DNA from: Spirochaetota bacterium
GTDB lineage: Bacteria; Spirochaetota; UBA4802; UBA5550
Length of the DNA stretch: 64,000 nt
Assembly: GCA_050298055.1 (NCBI GenBank)
Contig: JBNKTL010000003.1
Span: forward strand, 64,001 to 128,000
Reading direction: 5' to 3'
Shown: positions 49,701-59,027 of the stretch, piece by piece
Layout of the letters: each line of letters starts with the position of its first letter
How positions within the stretch are numbered: position 1 is the first letter of the stretch
Position numbers and translations under genes: made by a program
Notes under the pieces: generated by a model
The model's input: the letters and a program-made list of their open reading frames with translations, nothing else
The model's database searches: none
Told to the model about the DNA's origin: nothing

Positions 49701-50280
49701 CAATATGTTTTATAACGCAAAATCATTTGAGAAAGATATCAGTGATTGGGATGTAAGTAGTGTAACTAATATGAAATTTATGTTTTTTGGTTCCTCTTCT
49801 TTTAACGGAGATATAAACGGATGGGATGTCAGCAGTGTCACAAATATGAATGCAATGTTTGCTTACGCCACTTCTTTTAACAGGGATATCAGCAGGTGGG
49901 AGGTAAATAGCGTCAAAAGTATGGTAAGTATGTTTTGTGGGGCTTCTTCTTTCAATGGAGATATTAGTAGCTGGAACGTCAGCAATGTCACAGACATGAA
50001 CTCTATGTTTTATAACGCTACTTCTTTTGACAAAGATATCAGCAAATGGGATGTTAGCAGTGTAACAAATATGACAGGGATGTTTCGAGGCACAACTTCA
50101 TTTAATGGAGACATAAGTAACTGGGATGTCAGTAGTGTTATAAATATGAGTTATATGTTTTATAACGCATCTGCTTTTTCATACCACAATCTCAGCGACT
50201 GGGATGTTGAAAATGTTACTGATCACACGGGATTTTCAACAGGATGGGGAGATGGGAATATGGAGCCTGAGTGGCCGTGA
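46744..50280 (+). CDS. Surface lipoprotein with Ig-like/FN3/PKD domains and DUF285 (BspA-like) repeats
   Basis: LMSC lipobox; FN3 (GLAPSTTYYF); Ig-like domain; VDWGDG PKD; 22 x 25-aa FNGDISxWDVSxVTxMxxMF repeats. Confidence 0.88.
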   Translation: MRTEIFNGWDFIHNFRLTFRKTFRLRFLGLYVSIIIASLMSCSDGAVNAYLDYEPNRAPQILDLQSDFTGLPVPGDIMTVSCETYDPDGNPLTYDFTSGQGSFTGQQDREGKSEITFVVGNISGGEEVTVSVQVTDSKNASAAATLNIGTSSLGPAITLLGSDNRTIGADGYSAVTFRSSMDGFYQVDLADSGITGDEIDPDGYFFFIQKNTDTVFNICGTSYSDNECIAGIPKLETDSANSVFIKVMDGMGQISVREIVITVLGTTPVVGNPEIRITDLKDDAMTLNWNFATDLDNPEAGEQQQGMDYSVYMSENDNISTLEDVESYGNRVMDWKADLNFFTVTGLAPSTTYYFNVVVMDGDGVKEVYGGVEGRTEERTYFQVISTVPAPDVTDVDINSKIVIAFNRELNEETVNEDTIVLKDTHGDEIPVKLSLSGSNMVIIVEPVDNLDYGMKYYMTVSSGMEDVQGDGLGDDYVFGFSTKVRCTSCFVTTWKTDNPGTSEDDQITIPVYSGETYDYSVDWGDGSSDEHLTGSATHTYDVPGIYTVSISGTFPRIYFFNSGDREKILTIESWGEIEWTSMASAFFGCSNLTYNATDAPNLSGVTVMNYMFYNALSLNGDFSGWDVSNVADMSSMFAYATSFNGDISSWDVSSVTNMYGMFWNATSFNRDLNNWDVKNVINMFLMFGTATSFNGNISGWDVSNVTNMSGMFESATSFNGDISNWDVSSVTNMYGMFWNATTFNGDISGWDVSNVTDMRLMFRNASTFSNHDLNGWDVSSVKVMSSMFNGASSFNGDISNWNVSNVKDMIYMFYNATSFNGDISRWDVSSVTDMYGMFRNATSFNGDISRWDVSNVKNMSSMFNGASSFNGDIINWNVNNVKNMIYMFNNAISFNRDINKWDVSSVTNMYGMFWGASTFNGDMSNWDVSNVTNMAFMFYNASDFNGDTSRWDVSNVIYMDSMFFGARSFNGDISGWDVSSVTDMSNMFYNAKSFEKDISDWDVSSVTNMKFMFFGSSSFNGDINGWDVSSVTNMNAMFAYATSFNRDISRWEVNSVKSMVSMFCGASSFNGDISSWNVSNVTDMNSMFYNATSFDKDISKWDVSSVTNMTGMFRGTTSFNGDISNWDVSSVINMSYMFYNASAFSYHNLSDWDVENVTDHTGFSTGWGDGNMEPEWP
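48590..50220 (+). repeat. 75-bp coding tandem repeat (22 units)
   Basis: Recurrent tgggatgt...atg...atgttt...aacggagat with 75-nt period. Confidence 0.9.
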
Positions 50281-50305
50281 GGTAATTCAACTTCCACATA
50301 CAGGT

Positions 50306-53300
50306 TTAAGGTAAAATACCATCATCCTGGACTTCCTGATAGTAAATATCGGTCCCGGTAACAGAACTATTCCTAAAATCCAACCACACAGGAATAATTC
50401 CAAAGGGCGCAGTAGATGCATCATCATCATAAAACAAGAGTTTCATATCAAGTTCGCTGGGAATACCATATGTTGAAGGTGTCATTATAAAAAGCTCATT
50501 ACCTGTAACATTGTCCCAGTTCCCCGATGTACTTTTTGTCCCATCTGAATTAAATCTCTGGGCATAGACCTGGTACCCAACCGTTGAGTAGTATCTGCCG
50601 TCATACCATGCTGCATAGAAAGTGTCATTACCAGCAGATGTTGTATCACTTACAACAAGTTTAGGCTGGAGACAGTAGTATGACACCAGATCACTGGTTA
50701 TTCTTGTCGCAGCAAATGATGAAGATCCATTGGGATTATAACTGCTAATAACTATGTCACTATATGAATCTCCACCGTTATTTTCATAGGCAATAAGAAT
50801 CCTGTTTATTCCGTTAGTTGATTTATCAACAGCTATGTCAGGATTATAACCTGTTATACTAACAGGAAAACCGGCCCTTGTTGCTCCTGTTGAACCATTT
50901 ATTCTTACAATCCTTATTGAGCCTGAACCATTATCCGCAAGAAGATATGCTCCGCCAACACCGCTTGTGGCCCTGTCTGGGAGGACCTGTGTTATTGAAT
51001 AGCTTGTAAGTATATTTGTCCGCGCCCAGCTTTCAGTACCATCCGCCGCAATACTTTTTGCATGTATATTTCCGCTCCCTTCATAAAAGACGATTGTTCT
51101 TCCCGCTTCATCCGATACCGCTACCGGATTGGAAAATGTTCCCGTATCAATTGATATCTCCCCTCCAATTGCAGCTCCCGATGCCAGATTAAATACACGT
51201 CCCTTCAGGTCATCAGCTGTATCGATATAAACAACCATGAATGCCCGTTTTGTGTAAATCACATATTTCTGGCTTGCTGCAGTAAAAATGTCAGCTGAAA
51301 GTTCAACATTATTTGCGTCAATTAAAGAGATTATTTCAGCTGATATATCCTGATCAATATTATAGACAATATCCCCTTTGGTAATACCGGCACTCAAATC
51401 AGTATTTGTATCAACAAGCCTGAATGCCGTTGTGGATGTACTATACCCTGCTGCCACATATGTTGCTCCTGATGGAAGACTCAATATAGCATAAAAATCA
51501 TTATCATCAATGATATCAGCATTAAGTTCCAGGGCATAATTGCTTTCTGAACCGGTCAATGGATTTACTACTTCACTTTTTGTTGCTGCGACTGAATTGT
51601 TATTCTCATTAATGACAATATCATCCGCAAGAACTGTAACACCCGGGTTAAATGCAACTGAGGGATCTCTGTCCCAAAGAGGATTTGAAACAGCTTCAGA
51701 TGTAAAGGGGCCTTCATGGTTTCTATATATTGTAAATGAATCAAATTGGGCTAATAATGTTAATGTCCTGTCTATTTCTACTTCATAACATGGACAGCCT
51801 CCATTCCATATACCAGCTCCATTTGCTAGACCCCATTCTGAATCCCCAGTTACTATGATATCACCCGCTACAACAGATGTTAAATCCGTAAATGAAGACC
51901 TTATATGCGTAGTGTCGGTTGATGCATGCCCAGAGATACCTGTTATAACATTAGTGCTTGTATCTGCAAGATAATAATTTGTGTATGCTCCCAGGTTTGA
52001 ATTAAGATTAGTTTTTAACACATATTCAAATATATCTGTTGGTGATGTGTTCTGGTTCTGTATATTATTACTGTTCCAGTTTATTCCGGCTGTATTTGTA
52101 AGCAATAGATCACCTGCAGCAAGTGTGAAGCTTAAGCTTAAGCTTAAACCTGAAAAATCAACATCCCTGTCAAAAAGAAGATTTGTTGCAACTCCATCAT
52201 CGGGCATATCAGCCTGGCCGGTAACTTTTACTGTGGGTCTCTCATGGACAAGGGCGGCAGAAAAGCCTGAACCGGTTTGAGTTGCGACAACGCTTACACT
52301 TGTACCGTCACTACCTGCAGGCCCCCCCCATCGATAAGCAAGGCCATTGTAAACCATTTTTGCATAGAGTATGTCATTATCTGTTCTTCTTCCAATGATA
52401 ATTGCGTCATCATTGGTGTACCTGCTGTTAAGGACATTAATAGATGAGAATGCACTTCCGCTGCTTGTAATATCGGAACCGTCAACTCCCCACTGCGGGG
52501 TACCCGTTGTATCAAAATACTGGGCCTGAATATCAGTACTGTTATCAATCCAGAAGATATAAGATGAGCCATCAGAATTTTGAACACTCTTTAGAGTTCC
52601 CTGGTCGTTTGCCACATCAGTAACAACTTTTCCTCCGGTTCCAACATTGGGTGCGGTGAAAAATGAATATTCCGCTGATGCAAGATCACCGACAGTATAT
52701 CCTCCGGAATTATCAATATCGATCCATACCCTGTAGTAATAGAGTGTATTTGGGGTTAAGCCTGTAAGCTGTATCCTGTGGTATGAATGTTCATCGATAC
52801 CATCACCATCCCAGTCGGTTTCAACAGTATTTGTTCCATATGTACCGCTTGTCGTACCATATTGCACATATGTTTGAAGCCGCGTAAAGGGCATGTCAGT
52901 GTTAAATGAAATCCATATTGAGTTAGTGGCAGCTGTGTCTTCATTAATATTTGTGGTCGTTGTGGGTGTTGTCCCTCCAGACGCAGGGTCCGTTTCGGTC
53001 GTGAAAGTCCATGTGTCTTCTCCGTCTTCGATAAGAGGATATGTCCCATCTGTTATTGCAGGAGTAAGGTCAACCGTATATAGTGTATTATAAGCCATAG
53101 GATTAACAAAATCAATCCTGTAAGTGTTTGTACCACCTACCTGCGAGACTGAACTTCCGATTACAGCAGGAGTTATTGTGAATGATGCACCATCTACTCC
53201 CACAACCGGTTTTGTGAAAGTTACTTCAACATATGGTGTATTGATATTGACAGTACCGCCTGTGGGTGACTGTGTTCCCGGTATGACACGGGGATACGTT

Positions 53301-53761
53301 GTAGTTGAAGTTAATTCCGTTGTAAAATTCCATGTATAGATCTGGTCAACTGACTTAGTCCCCTCAGCGGCTGTGGAGGTTACGCCAGTATTCAGGGTAA
53401 CTGTATATAAAGTACCGGGTGTAAGATCAGTTGTTGGATTAAGCGTTATAACTTTGCTATCAGTGCCAGGTGCAGGATAGGTTGCACCATTATCAATGCT
53501 TATATTTGCAGCAACCGTTGTGAAATCCACAGTATTTGAAAAAACAATGACAATATTTGCATCAACGGGAACATCACTCGAACCATCTGTTGGATATGCG
53601 AGAAAGGCATTCATATCCGATATGCCCGGTTCAGAAGTTGTAACAGTTGTATTAATACTTGCAGGTTCAACAGTTGGAGCTATATCAGAACAGCCTGTTA
53701 AGACCAGTATTATAAAAATTATTACTTTTAATAGAACATTAATTTTAATATTGTCATTCAT
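50306..53761 (-). CDS. Large surface lipoprotein with Ig-like and FN3 domains
   Basis: LTGC lipobox; two Ig-like domains (YTWNFTT, TWTFTT); LTGLTPNTLYYYRV; Thr/Ser/Asn-rich. Confidence 0.82.
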   Translation of the reverse strand: MNDNIKINVLLKVIIFIILVLTGCSDIAPTVEPASINTTVTTSEPGISDMNAFLAYPTDGSSDVPVDANIVIVFSNTVDFTTVAANISIDNGATYPAPGTDSKVITLNPTTDLTPGTLYTVTLNTGVTSTAAEGTKSVDQIYTWNFTTELTSTTTYPRVIPGTQSPTGGTVNINTPYVEVTFTKPVVGVDGASFTITPAVIGSSVSQVGGTNTYRIDFVNPMAYNTLYTVDLTPAITDGTYPLIEDGEDTWTFTTETDPASGGTTPTTTTNINEDTAATNSIWISFNTDMPFTRLQTYVQYGTTSGTYGTNTVETDWDGDGIDEHSYHRIQLTGLTPNTLYYYRVWIDIDNSGGYTVGDLASAEYSFFTAPNVGTGGKVVTDVANDQGTLKSVQNSDGSSYIFWIDNSTDIQAQYFDTTGTPQWGVDGSDITSSGSAFSSINVLNSRYTNDDAIIIGRRTDNDILYAKMVYNGLAYRWGGPAGSDGTSVSVVATQTGSGFSAALVHERPTVKVTGQADMPDDGVATNLLFDRDVDFSGLSLSLSFTLAAGDLLLTNTAGINWNSNNIQNQNTSPTDIFEYVLKTNLNSNLGAYTNYYLADTSTNVITGISGHASTDTTHIRSSFTDLTSVVAGDIIVTGDSEWGLANGAGIWNGGCPCYEVEIDRTLTLLAQFDSFTIYRNHEGPFTSEAVSNPLWDRDPSVAFNPGVTVLADDIVINENNNSVAATKSEVVNPLTGSESNYALELNADIIDDNDFYAILSLPSGATYVAAGYSTSTTAFRLVDTNTDLSAGITKGDIVYNIDQDISAEIISLIDANNVELSADIFTAASQKYVIYTKRAFMVVYIDTADDLKGRVFNLASGAAIGGEISIDTGTFSNPVAVSDEAGRTIVFYEGSGNIHAKSIAADGTESWARTNILTSYSITQVLPDRATSGVGGAYLLADNGSGSIRIVRINGSTGATRAGFPVSITGYNPDIAVDKSTNGINRILIAYENNGGDSYSDIVISSYNPNGSSSFAATRITSDLVSYYCLQPKLVVSDTTSAGNDTFYAAWYDGRYYSTVGYQVYAQRFNSDGTKSTSGNWDNVTGNELFIMTPSTYGIPSELDMKLLFYDDDASTAPFGIIPVWLDFRNSSVTGTDIYYQEVQDDGILP

Positions 53762-54042
53762 TATTGTATTATATTGATTAAAAAAACGAATCTTCTTAAT
53801 GTGATGTATATTAATACTTCATATATATTAAAAAAGAGTAAATTTTCTTGATTTTTATCGCAAAACTCACTAACTTTGCCCATTAATACAACATCTTTTT
53901 TTAGAAAGTATACACTTTTTAATGGAATATCTGGTACTCAATATTAATGAAATTCTAATAAAATAGAGAATTAATTTCAACAAAAATTGAAAAAAAATAG
54001 AAAAATCAAATAATATCTTTAATATTAATAATATAAAATGAA

Positions 54043-54153
54043 TAACTACTCAACTATATATCCCCATCACCTTAAGTTGTGGGTATTTATTAGTTTTATT
54101 TTTTTACTGAATATAATTATTCCTAATACATTATTCACATTGTTGAGTAGTTA
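54043..54153 (-). mobile_element. MITE-like repeat, degenerate internally deleted copy 7
   Basis: taactactcaac...gaatataattattc...gttgagtagtta terminal inverted repeats. Confidence 0.55.
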
Positions 54154-54173
54154 TTAAAATTACAGGTTTAATT

Positions 54174-56618
54174 TTGAAAAAATTATCTAAGAGTATAAAA
54201 AATTATAAACTTTTTTCCCCTGTATTAATAATTGCCCTGGTTTTTTTGGTTACCACCAGGTCAAAGGGCGCAATAACATCCATAACTTTGACACCGGGAA
54301 ATCCCACGACCTTATCCAATACACTTGGTTATTATCTTGCGGGCAGACAATATACATTTACTGTAAATGTCAAGGATCCTGCCGCAACAGCATGGGCAGA
54401 TATCACAGAGGTACGTCTCAATATACCTAATGGACCGGCAATTGAATTATGGGTGAACCCATCAGGTACAGGAGCTCAGACAATTAATTATGTGTCAGGA
54501 GTAACATCCGATGTATCTGCAAATATCCCAGGTACTGATACTTATAATGATTTTGATGTCCAGTTTACCATAACTGTATTGTGGAACATTGCAGAATCCA
54601 GTTGGGCAGCATCAAGAGTAATTACAGCACAGGCTGTATCATCAAATACATTAAGTACAACTCAGAATGTTTCCTATGGAGTATGTTCTTCCATAAGATT
54701 TAATAATTTTGCCCAGGATTTAGACGCACTTGATGGTTATGTAAGCCCCTGGCACAATGCCTTTAACGTTACAGGGGCAATTGTTTATGATGTGCCTGGA
54801 GCGACAAATAGTGATAAGGTCTATTTTGTAAATGGAGGTTCGGAACTTACCAGTGTAAGATTATTGCATAATGGAGTTGACACAACTGGCATGAGTACTC
54901 CTCTTACTGCTGATTCCGCTTTTACGAATGATGCTAACGACGATGTCTCTATTACTGTATCTGCTGCGTTTTTTAATAGCAATAGCTTAGCATTAAGTAC
55001 TTTGCCATGGACAGTTCAAGCCTATTTCTCAACAGGAAGTGGATCTGAGGTTTCCAGCAATTCTTTAAATATTACAAATGAAAGGGTGGAAGTTACATCT
55101 GTAAGGTTAATAAATGGCGGCGGTACGGATTTATCTCCTGTGCCACCTCCCGAAGCCAGGGTCTATAACCGGTCAGTTAATGTTTCAGGTGTGCAACTTC
55201 AGGTTTACGCAAGGATGCAGGGCTCTACAGGAACTGTTATTGGGAATACAACTGTTAGAGTAAGGGACATTACTGATACTATTGATTATGATGTTGTTAT
55301 AAACAATGGCACAAATGTTGGGACAGTAAATCTTTCAGCGTTTTCTTATCCAACAACTCCGGCAACTGCTGGAAATACAAATACACACACCTATCAGGTT
55401 ACAAATATTTCAGGAAGTGTAACTGACAGTAATCAAAATGTTTATGCAAGGATCCTTCAACCTGGGAATAATGGAGGATCCGATACTATTGTCTATTGGG
55501 ATAATGCCGACCAGCCCGGTAATAATGGATCATCATTTACAACCTTTCAAGCAACACCATGGTCATCAACTGCAGATTCATTTACAATTAATTGGAATGC
55601 TATTCCCAACGGTACTACATTTGACGGGGATTTTTATACTTACAGGATATATTATCAATTGCCAAGTACAGTGTGGAATATGTTAGATGTCAGTACCGGA
55701 GGTATCTATACTGCCTTGGGCACTTATACAACAAATACTATTGATATTTCAGGGCTTGCTCCATTAACTGACTACCCTTTTAGAGTTTCGGCAGTAGATG
55801 TTTATGGCAACGAAGTTGTACTGGCTGACATGCTAACTGATACAGCCAGTACAAAACCATCATCACTTACCGTATCAATATCTGATGGAATAACCACATA
55901 TGAAGATTCATCTTTCACAGGAAACCAGCTCGCTACAGCAAGACCAGTAAGAAAATCATCAATAAAAGTAACTCTTTACCTCGTAACTGGAGGAAATGAA
56001 CCTGATGAGATCAACCTGATTATTGGTGACAATTCTCTTGAACCAGCAACTATTCTGGGTAGTACATATTATACAATACCCAGTACAAAAAAATCATCAA
56101 ATACATGGGTTGCATATATACCCAGCACACATACACTTATGTCTTTAAATGAATCTATAAGGTTTATCGTGGAAACAAAATATCAAGGAACAAGTACTTA
56201 TGTTGATCATGATGCAGACTATAATCCTGCAGAGCAGTTGCCTGCAGGTGAAGATTATAATAACTGGGAATATACTTTTACTATTTCAAAACCAACCACC
56301 TTCTCCCCCTGGCCCACACGCATTCTGAACAACGTCATCACGGACAAAAACCCCGTGGCCTACCCGGCATACTACCTCACCGAGGACGCCAATGTGACAA
56401 TAAGGGTCTATGACATAAAGGGAAGGCCGGTTGTGACCCTGCTGGACAATGCCTTCAGGCGGAGCGGCCAGAACATCAAGGAGAACGGCTGGCGGGGGAT
56501 CAACAAATCAAGCAGGATGCTGGGACCCGGTCTCTATTATATGCATTTCAGGGCCAAAAGTTCTTCCAGCGGGAAGGTCATACTCAACAAGTTCAAAAAG
56601 GTGGTCATCGCGAAGTAA
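54174..56618 (+). CDS. Secreted FN3 protein with C-terminal FlgD-Ig / sorting-like domain
   Basis: Signal peptide; GLAPLTDYPFRVSAVD; VTIRVYDIKGRPV...WRG...GLYY...KVVIAK. Confidence 0.8.
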   Translation: MKKLSKSIKNYKLFSPVLIIALVFLVTTRSKGAITSITLTPGNPTTLSNTLGYYLAGRQYTFTVNVKDPAATAWADITEVRLNIPNGPAIELWVNPSGTGAQTINYVSGVTSDVSANIPGTDTYNDFDVQFTITVLWNIAESSWAASRVITAQAVSSNTLSTTQNVSYGVCSSIRFNNFAQDLDALDGYVSPWHNAFNVTGAIVYDVPGATNSDKVYFVNGGSELTSVRLLHNGVDTTGMSTPLTADSAFTNDANDDVSITVSAAFFNSNSLALSTLPWTVQAYFSTGSGSEVSSNSLNITNERVEVTSVRLINGGGTDLSPVPPPEARVYNRSVNVSGVQLQVYARMQGSTGTVIGNTTVRVRDITDTIDYDVVINNGTNVGTVNLSAFSYPTTPATAGNTNTHTYQVTNISGSVTDSNQNVYARILQPGNNGGSDTIVYWDNADQPGNNGSSFTTFQATPWSSTADSFTINWNAIPNGTTFDGDFYTYRIYYQLPSTVWNMLDVSTGGIYTALGTYTTNTIDISGLAPLTDYPFRVSAVDVYGNEVVLADMLTDTASTKPSSLTVSISDGITTYEDSSFTGNQLATARPVRKSSIKVTLYLVTGGNEPDEINLIIGDNSLEPATILGSTYYTIPSTKKSSNTWVAYIPSTHTLMSLNESIRFIVETKYQGTSTYVDHDADYNPAEQLPAGEDYNNWEYTFTISKPTTFSPWPTRILNNVITDKNPVAYPAYYLTEDANVTIRVYDIKGRPVVTLLDNAFRRSGQNIKENGWRGINKSSRMLGPGLYYMHFRAKSSSSGKVILNKFKKVVIAK

Positions 56619-56619
56619 A

Positions 56620-57624
56620 CTACAGCCACTCCACCTCTGTCCCATTAAAAAGCTCTATCCTCTCCTTCAATCCCTTTGAGATAAAGAGATTCATATCCAT
56701 GTCCATAAGAATAACCAGTATCCCCTTCTCTCTTTTCAAAAACTCCCGGGTCTTCTCAAGCCCCATGACGAAGATTGAAGTTGCATATGCGTCGGAGAGG
56801 ACAGGGTCCTTTGAGATCACCGATACCGAGGCGAAAGTCTCTGTGGGTTCTCCCGTCCGGGGATCGATGATGTGGTGGTACTTCCTGTTTTTGTACTCAA
56901 CCATCCGCTCGTAGTCCCCGCTGGTGGCGATGGCGTCCATGTCATCAAGCTTAATGGAGAGGAGCAGGTCCCTCTTTCGCGGGTTCATGAGGCCGGTGGT
57001 CCACTTCTTTCCGAACTTTGTTCCGAAGACCTGGAGGTCACCCCCGGCGTCCACGATCCCGGCCCGGACCCCCGTTTTTTTCAGGGTCTCCAGGGCCCTC
57101 CTGATGGTGTATCCCTTGGCGATCCCTCCCAGGCCGATCTTCATTCCCGGTTCTCGGAAAGCCACACCGGGACGTTTTTCATCAAGGATGATGTTCCTGT
57201 AATTGACCAGGGGAAGGTTTTTCCGTACGATCTCTTTGGAGGGAGGGGTAAAATCTGTTTTCCGGTAGTCCCAGAGGCGGGCTATTGACTTGAAGGTGAT
57301 ATCAAATGCCCCGGAAGTTTTGTCTGATATTTCAACGGCCTTTTGGATCATGAGGAAGGTCTCCCTGTTCACGGTGACCATCTTCGTCCCGCTCCTGTTG
57401 ATCACCGATATGTCGCTCTCCTTTTTATAGGAGCTCATCATCCTGTCGATCCTCTCGATCTCACCGAAGGCAGCGTCCGCCGCCGCCGGGGCGTTCTTCC
57501 CGTCGGTAATAAGGGAAAGATTGACAATTGTTCCCATAATGGGCCGTTTTACCCTGTAGACCTCCTGGCTGCAGGATACATGAAAAGCGGAAGCAAGTAT
57601 TAATATCAGGCATAATCTTTTCAT
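56620..57624 (-). CDS. apbE: FAD:protein FMN transferase lipoprotein
   Basis: MGT, GAFDIT, LGGIAKGY, ATSGDYE, HHIIDPRTG, DAYAT. Confidence 0.94.
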   Translation of the reverse strand: MKRLCLILILASAFHVSCSQEVYRVKRPIMGTIVNLSLITDGKNAPAAADAAFGEIERIDRMMSSYKKESDISVINRSGTKMVTVNRETFLMIQKAVEISDKTSGAFDITFKSIARLWDYRKTDFTPPSKEIVRKNLPLVNYRNIILDEKRPGVAFREPGMKIGLGGIAKGYTIRRALETLKKTGVRAGIVDAGGDLQVFGTKFGKKWTTGLMNPRKRDLLLSIKLDDMDAIATSGDYERMVEYKNRKYHHIIDPRTGEPTETFASVSVISKDPVLSDAYATSIFVMGLEKTREFLKREKGILVILMDMDMNLFISKGLKERIELFNGTEVEWL

Positions 57625-58313
57625 CTGTTCCTCTCCTCAACCTCTTTTACTGCCCGGGGGATCATGTTGAATTTATTCACGATCCAACGGGACCCGGCGA
57701 TCTCCCCGTCCCCCCCGTGGCCGAAAGCGCAGCCGATAAAGGGGACGCCGTTGTCCGAGGCGGCTTTCCTGTCGGTAAATCTATCCCCGATCATGATCAG
57801 CAGGTCATTCCCGGGCAAGGCGTCTTTATAATATCCGACTATCCCGCTCTTGTCCTTTATGTTTCCGTTGATATACGTCATGGGCCCTGAGAAAAACTTC
57901 ATGAGGCCGTGAGTTTCAAGGATCGCCTCGATATACTCGCGCCTTCCGTTTGACGCGGTGAGCAGGATGTATCCTTCACCATGAAGGGCTTCCATTGTGG
58001 AATAGACATCTTCAAATATCCGGCCGCCGCCCTTTCTTATCATTGAGACGAAACTCTCCGTACACAGGTCATTGAGAATATTCGCCTCATCTTCGCCCAG
58101 CATGGGGAAGAGGGTCCTGAATATCTCATCCACGGGAATCCCCAGGACATTGACGATATCATCGTACTCCGGAAGTTTTACATCTTCCCCCTTCTCCTTT
58201 ATGAAGCGGGATATTCCCTCACGAAAGGCGTCCACGATTATTTCAGTGGAATCGTAGATGGTCCCGTCAATATCAAAGGCCAGGCAGGTTTTTCTGTTCG
58301 CATTGTTGTCCAT
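57621..58313 (-). CDS. HAD family hydrolase
   Basis: FDIDGT, ASNG, MIGDRFTD. Confidence 0.9.
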   Translation of the reverse strand: MDNNANRKTCLAFDIDGTIYDSTEIIVDAFREGISRFIKEKGEDVKLPEYDDIVNVLGIPVDEIFRTLFPMLGEDEANILNDLCTESFVSMIRKGGGRIFEDVYSTMEALHGEGYILLTASNGRREYIEAILETHGLMKFFSGPMTYINGNIKDKSGIVGYYKDALPGNDLLIMIGDRFTDRKAASDNGVPFIGCAFGHGGDGEIAGSRWIVNKFNMIPRAVKEVEERNR

Positions 58314-58465
58314 ATCTTTTTACTCAGAGTTCTTCATGAGGGGTTTGTGTCAAGGATAATTAGCTGACTTGAAAAGATCAAAATTTGAAAAAAGTTTTTA
58401 GATTCAGGCGATCCCAATAGTATTAATCTACGCGGAAAAAAATCTATGAGAAGGAGATATATTAA

Positions 58466-58951
58466 ATGAGAACAACAGCTTATATGAAAGTAATCTATTT
58501 TGAGAAAATAGTCAGTGCTTTGGAGGTCCTTGGTGTTTCCAGAGATGAGCTGCTTTTAATTCTTTTTGAGAGAATCGCGAAAAAGGCGGTTTTTAAGGCC
58601 AAAACATTTGAAACGGTAAGCTATCAGGAGAGTTCTTATGACAGTATGTGGATAACTATGCATATCAGGTTTGATCCTGTGATCTATGAAAAGGCCCAGG
58701 ACATGAGAAGGAACTATAAGTTTTCTGTTTCATGGCTTCTTGCTTATGGGATTATACATTTCCTTGATGAGATAATCAGTGAGATGACCGGTTCTGAAGA
58801 TTCTGGAAGAGAAACGGATAACTCTGATGAGAATTATTTTACATTTTCTGATATTTTTGGTGATGTGAGAAGTTTTATGAGTTTTTGGGGTGTTCCTGAA
58901 GATGAACATCTTAAGAAATTTATTTTTAATAATCCAAAAATGAAAAGATAG
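58466..58951 (+). CDS. Putative tandem ribbon-helix-helix DNA-binding protein (paralogue of 23051..23506)
   Basis: MRTT, TVSYQ, YEKAQDMRRNYKFSVSWLLAYGIIHFLDE. Confidence 0.7.
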   Translation: MRTTAYMKVIYFEKIVSALEVLGVSRDELLLILFERIAKKAVFKAKTFETVSYQESSYDSMWITMHIRFDPVIYEKAQDMRRNYKFSVSWLLAYGIIHFLDEIISEMTGSEDSGRETDNSDENYFTFSDIFGDVRSFMSFWGVPEDEHLKKFIFNNPKMKR

Positions 58952-59027
58952 TTATCCACCATTTACTTCTTGACTGGGTCCTATTCAGTTATTTATTAGA
59001 CTGAAAACGGAACCCTGACAGGAAAAA

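Noticed and set aside
48590..50220. CRISPR array or DGR template/variable repeat pair
   Set aside because: Repeats are in-frame 75-bp coding units without unique spacers; mismatches are not exclusively at adenines; no cas or reverse transcriptase gene in the window
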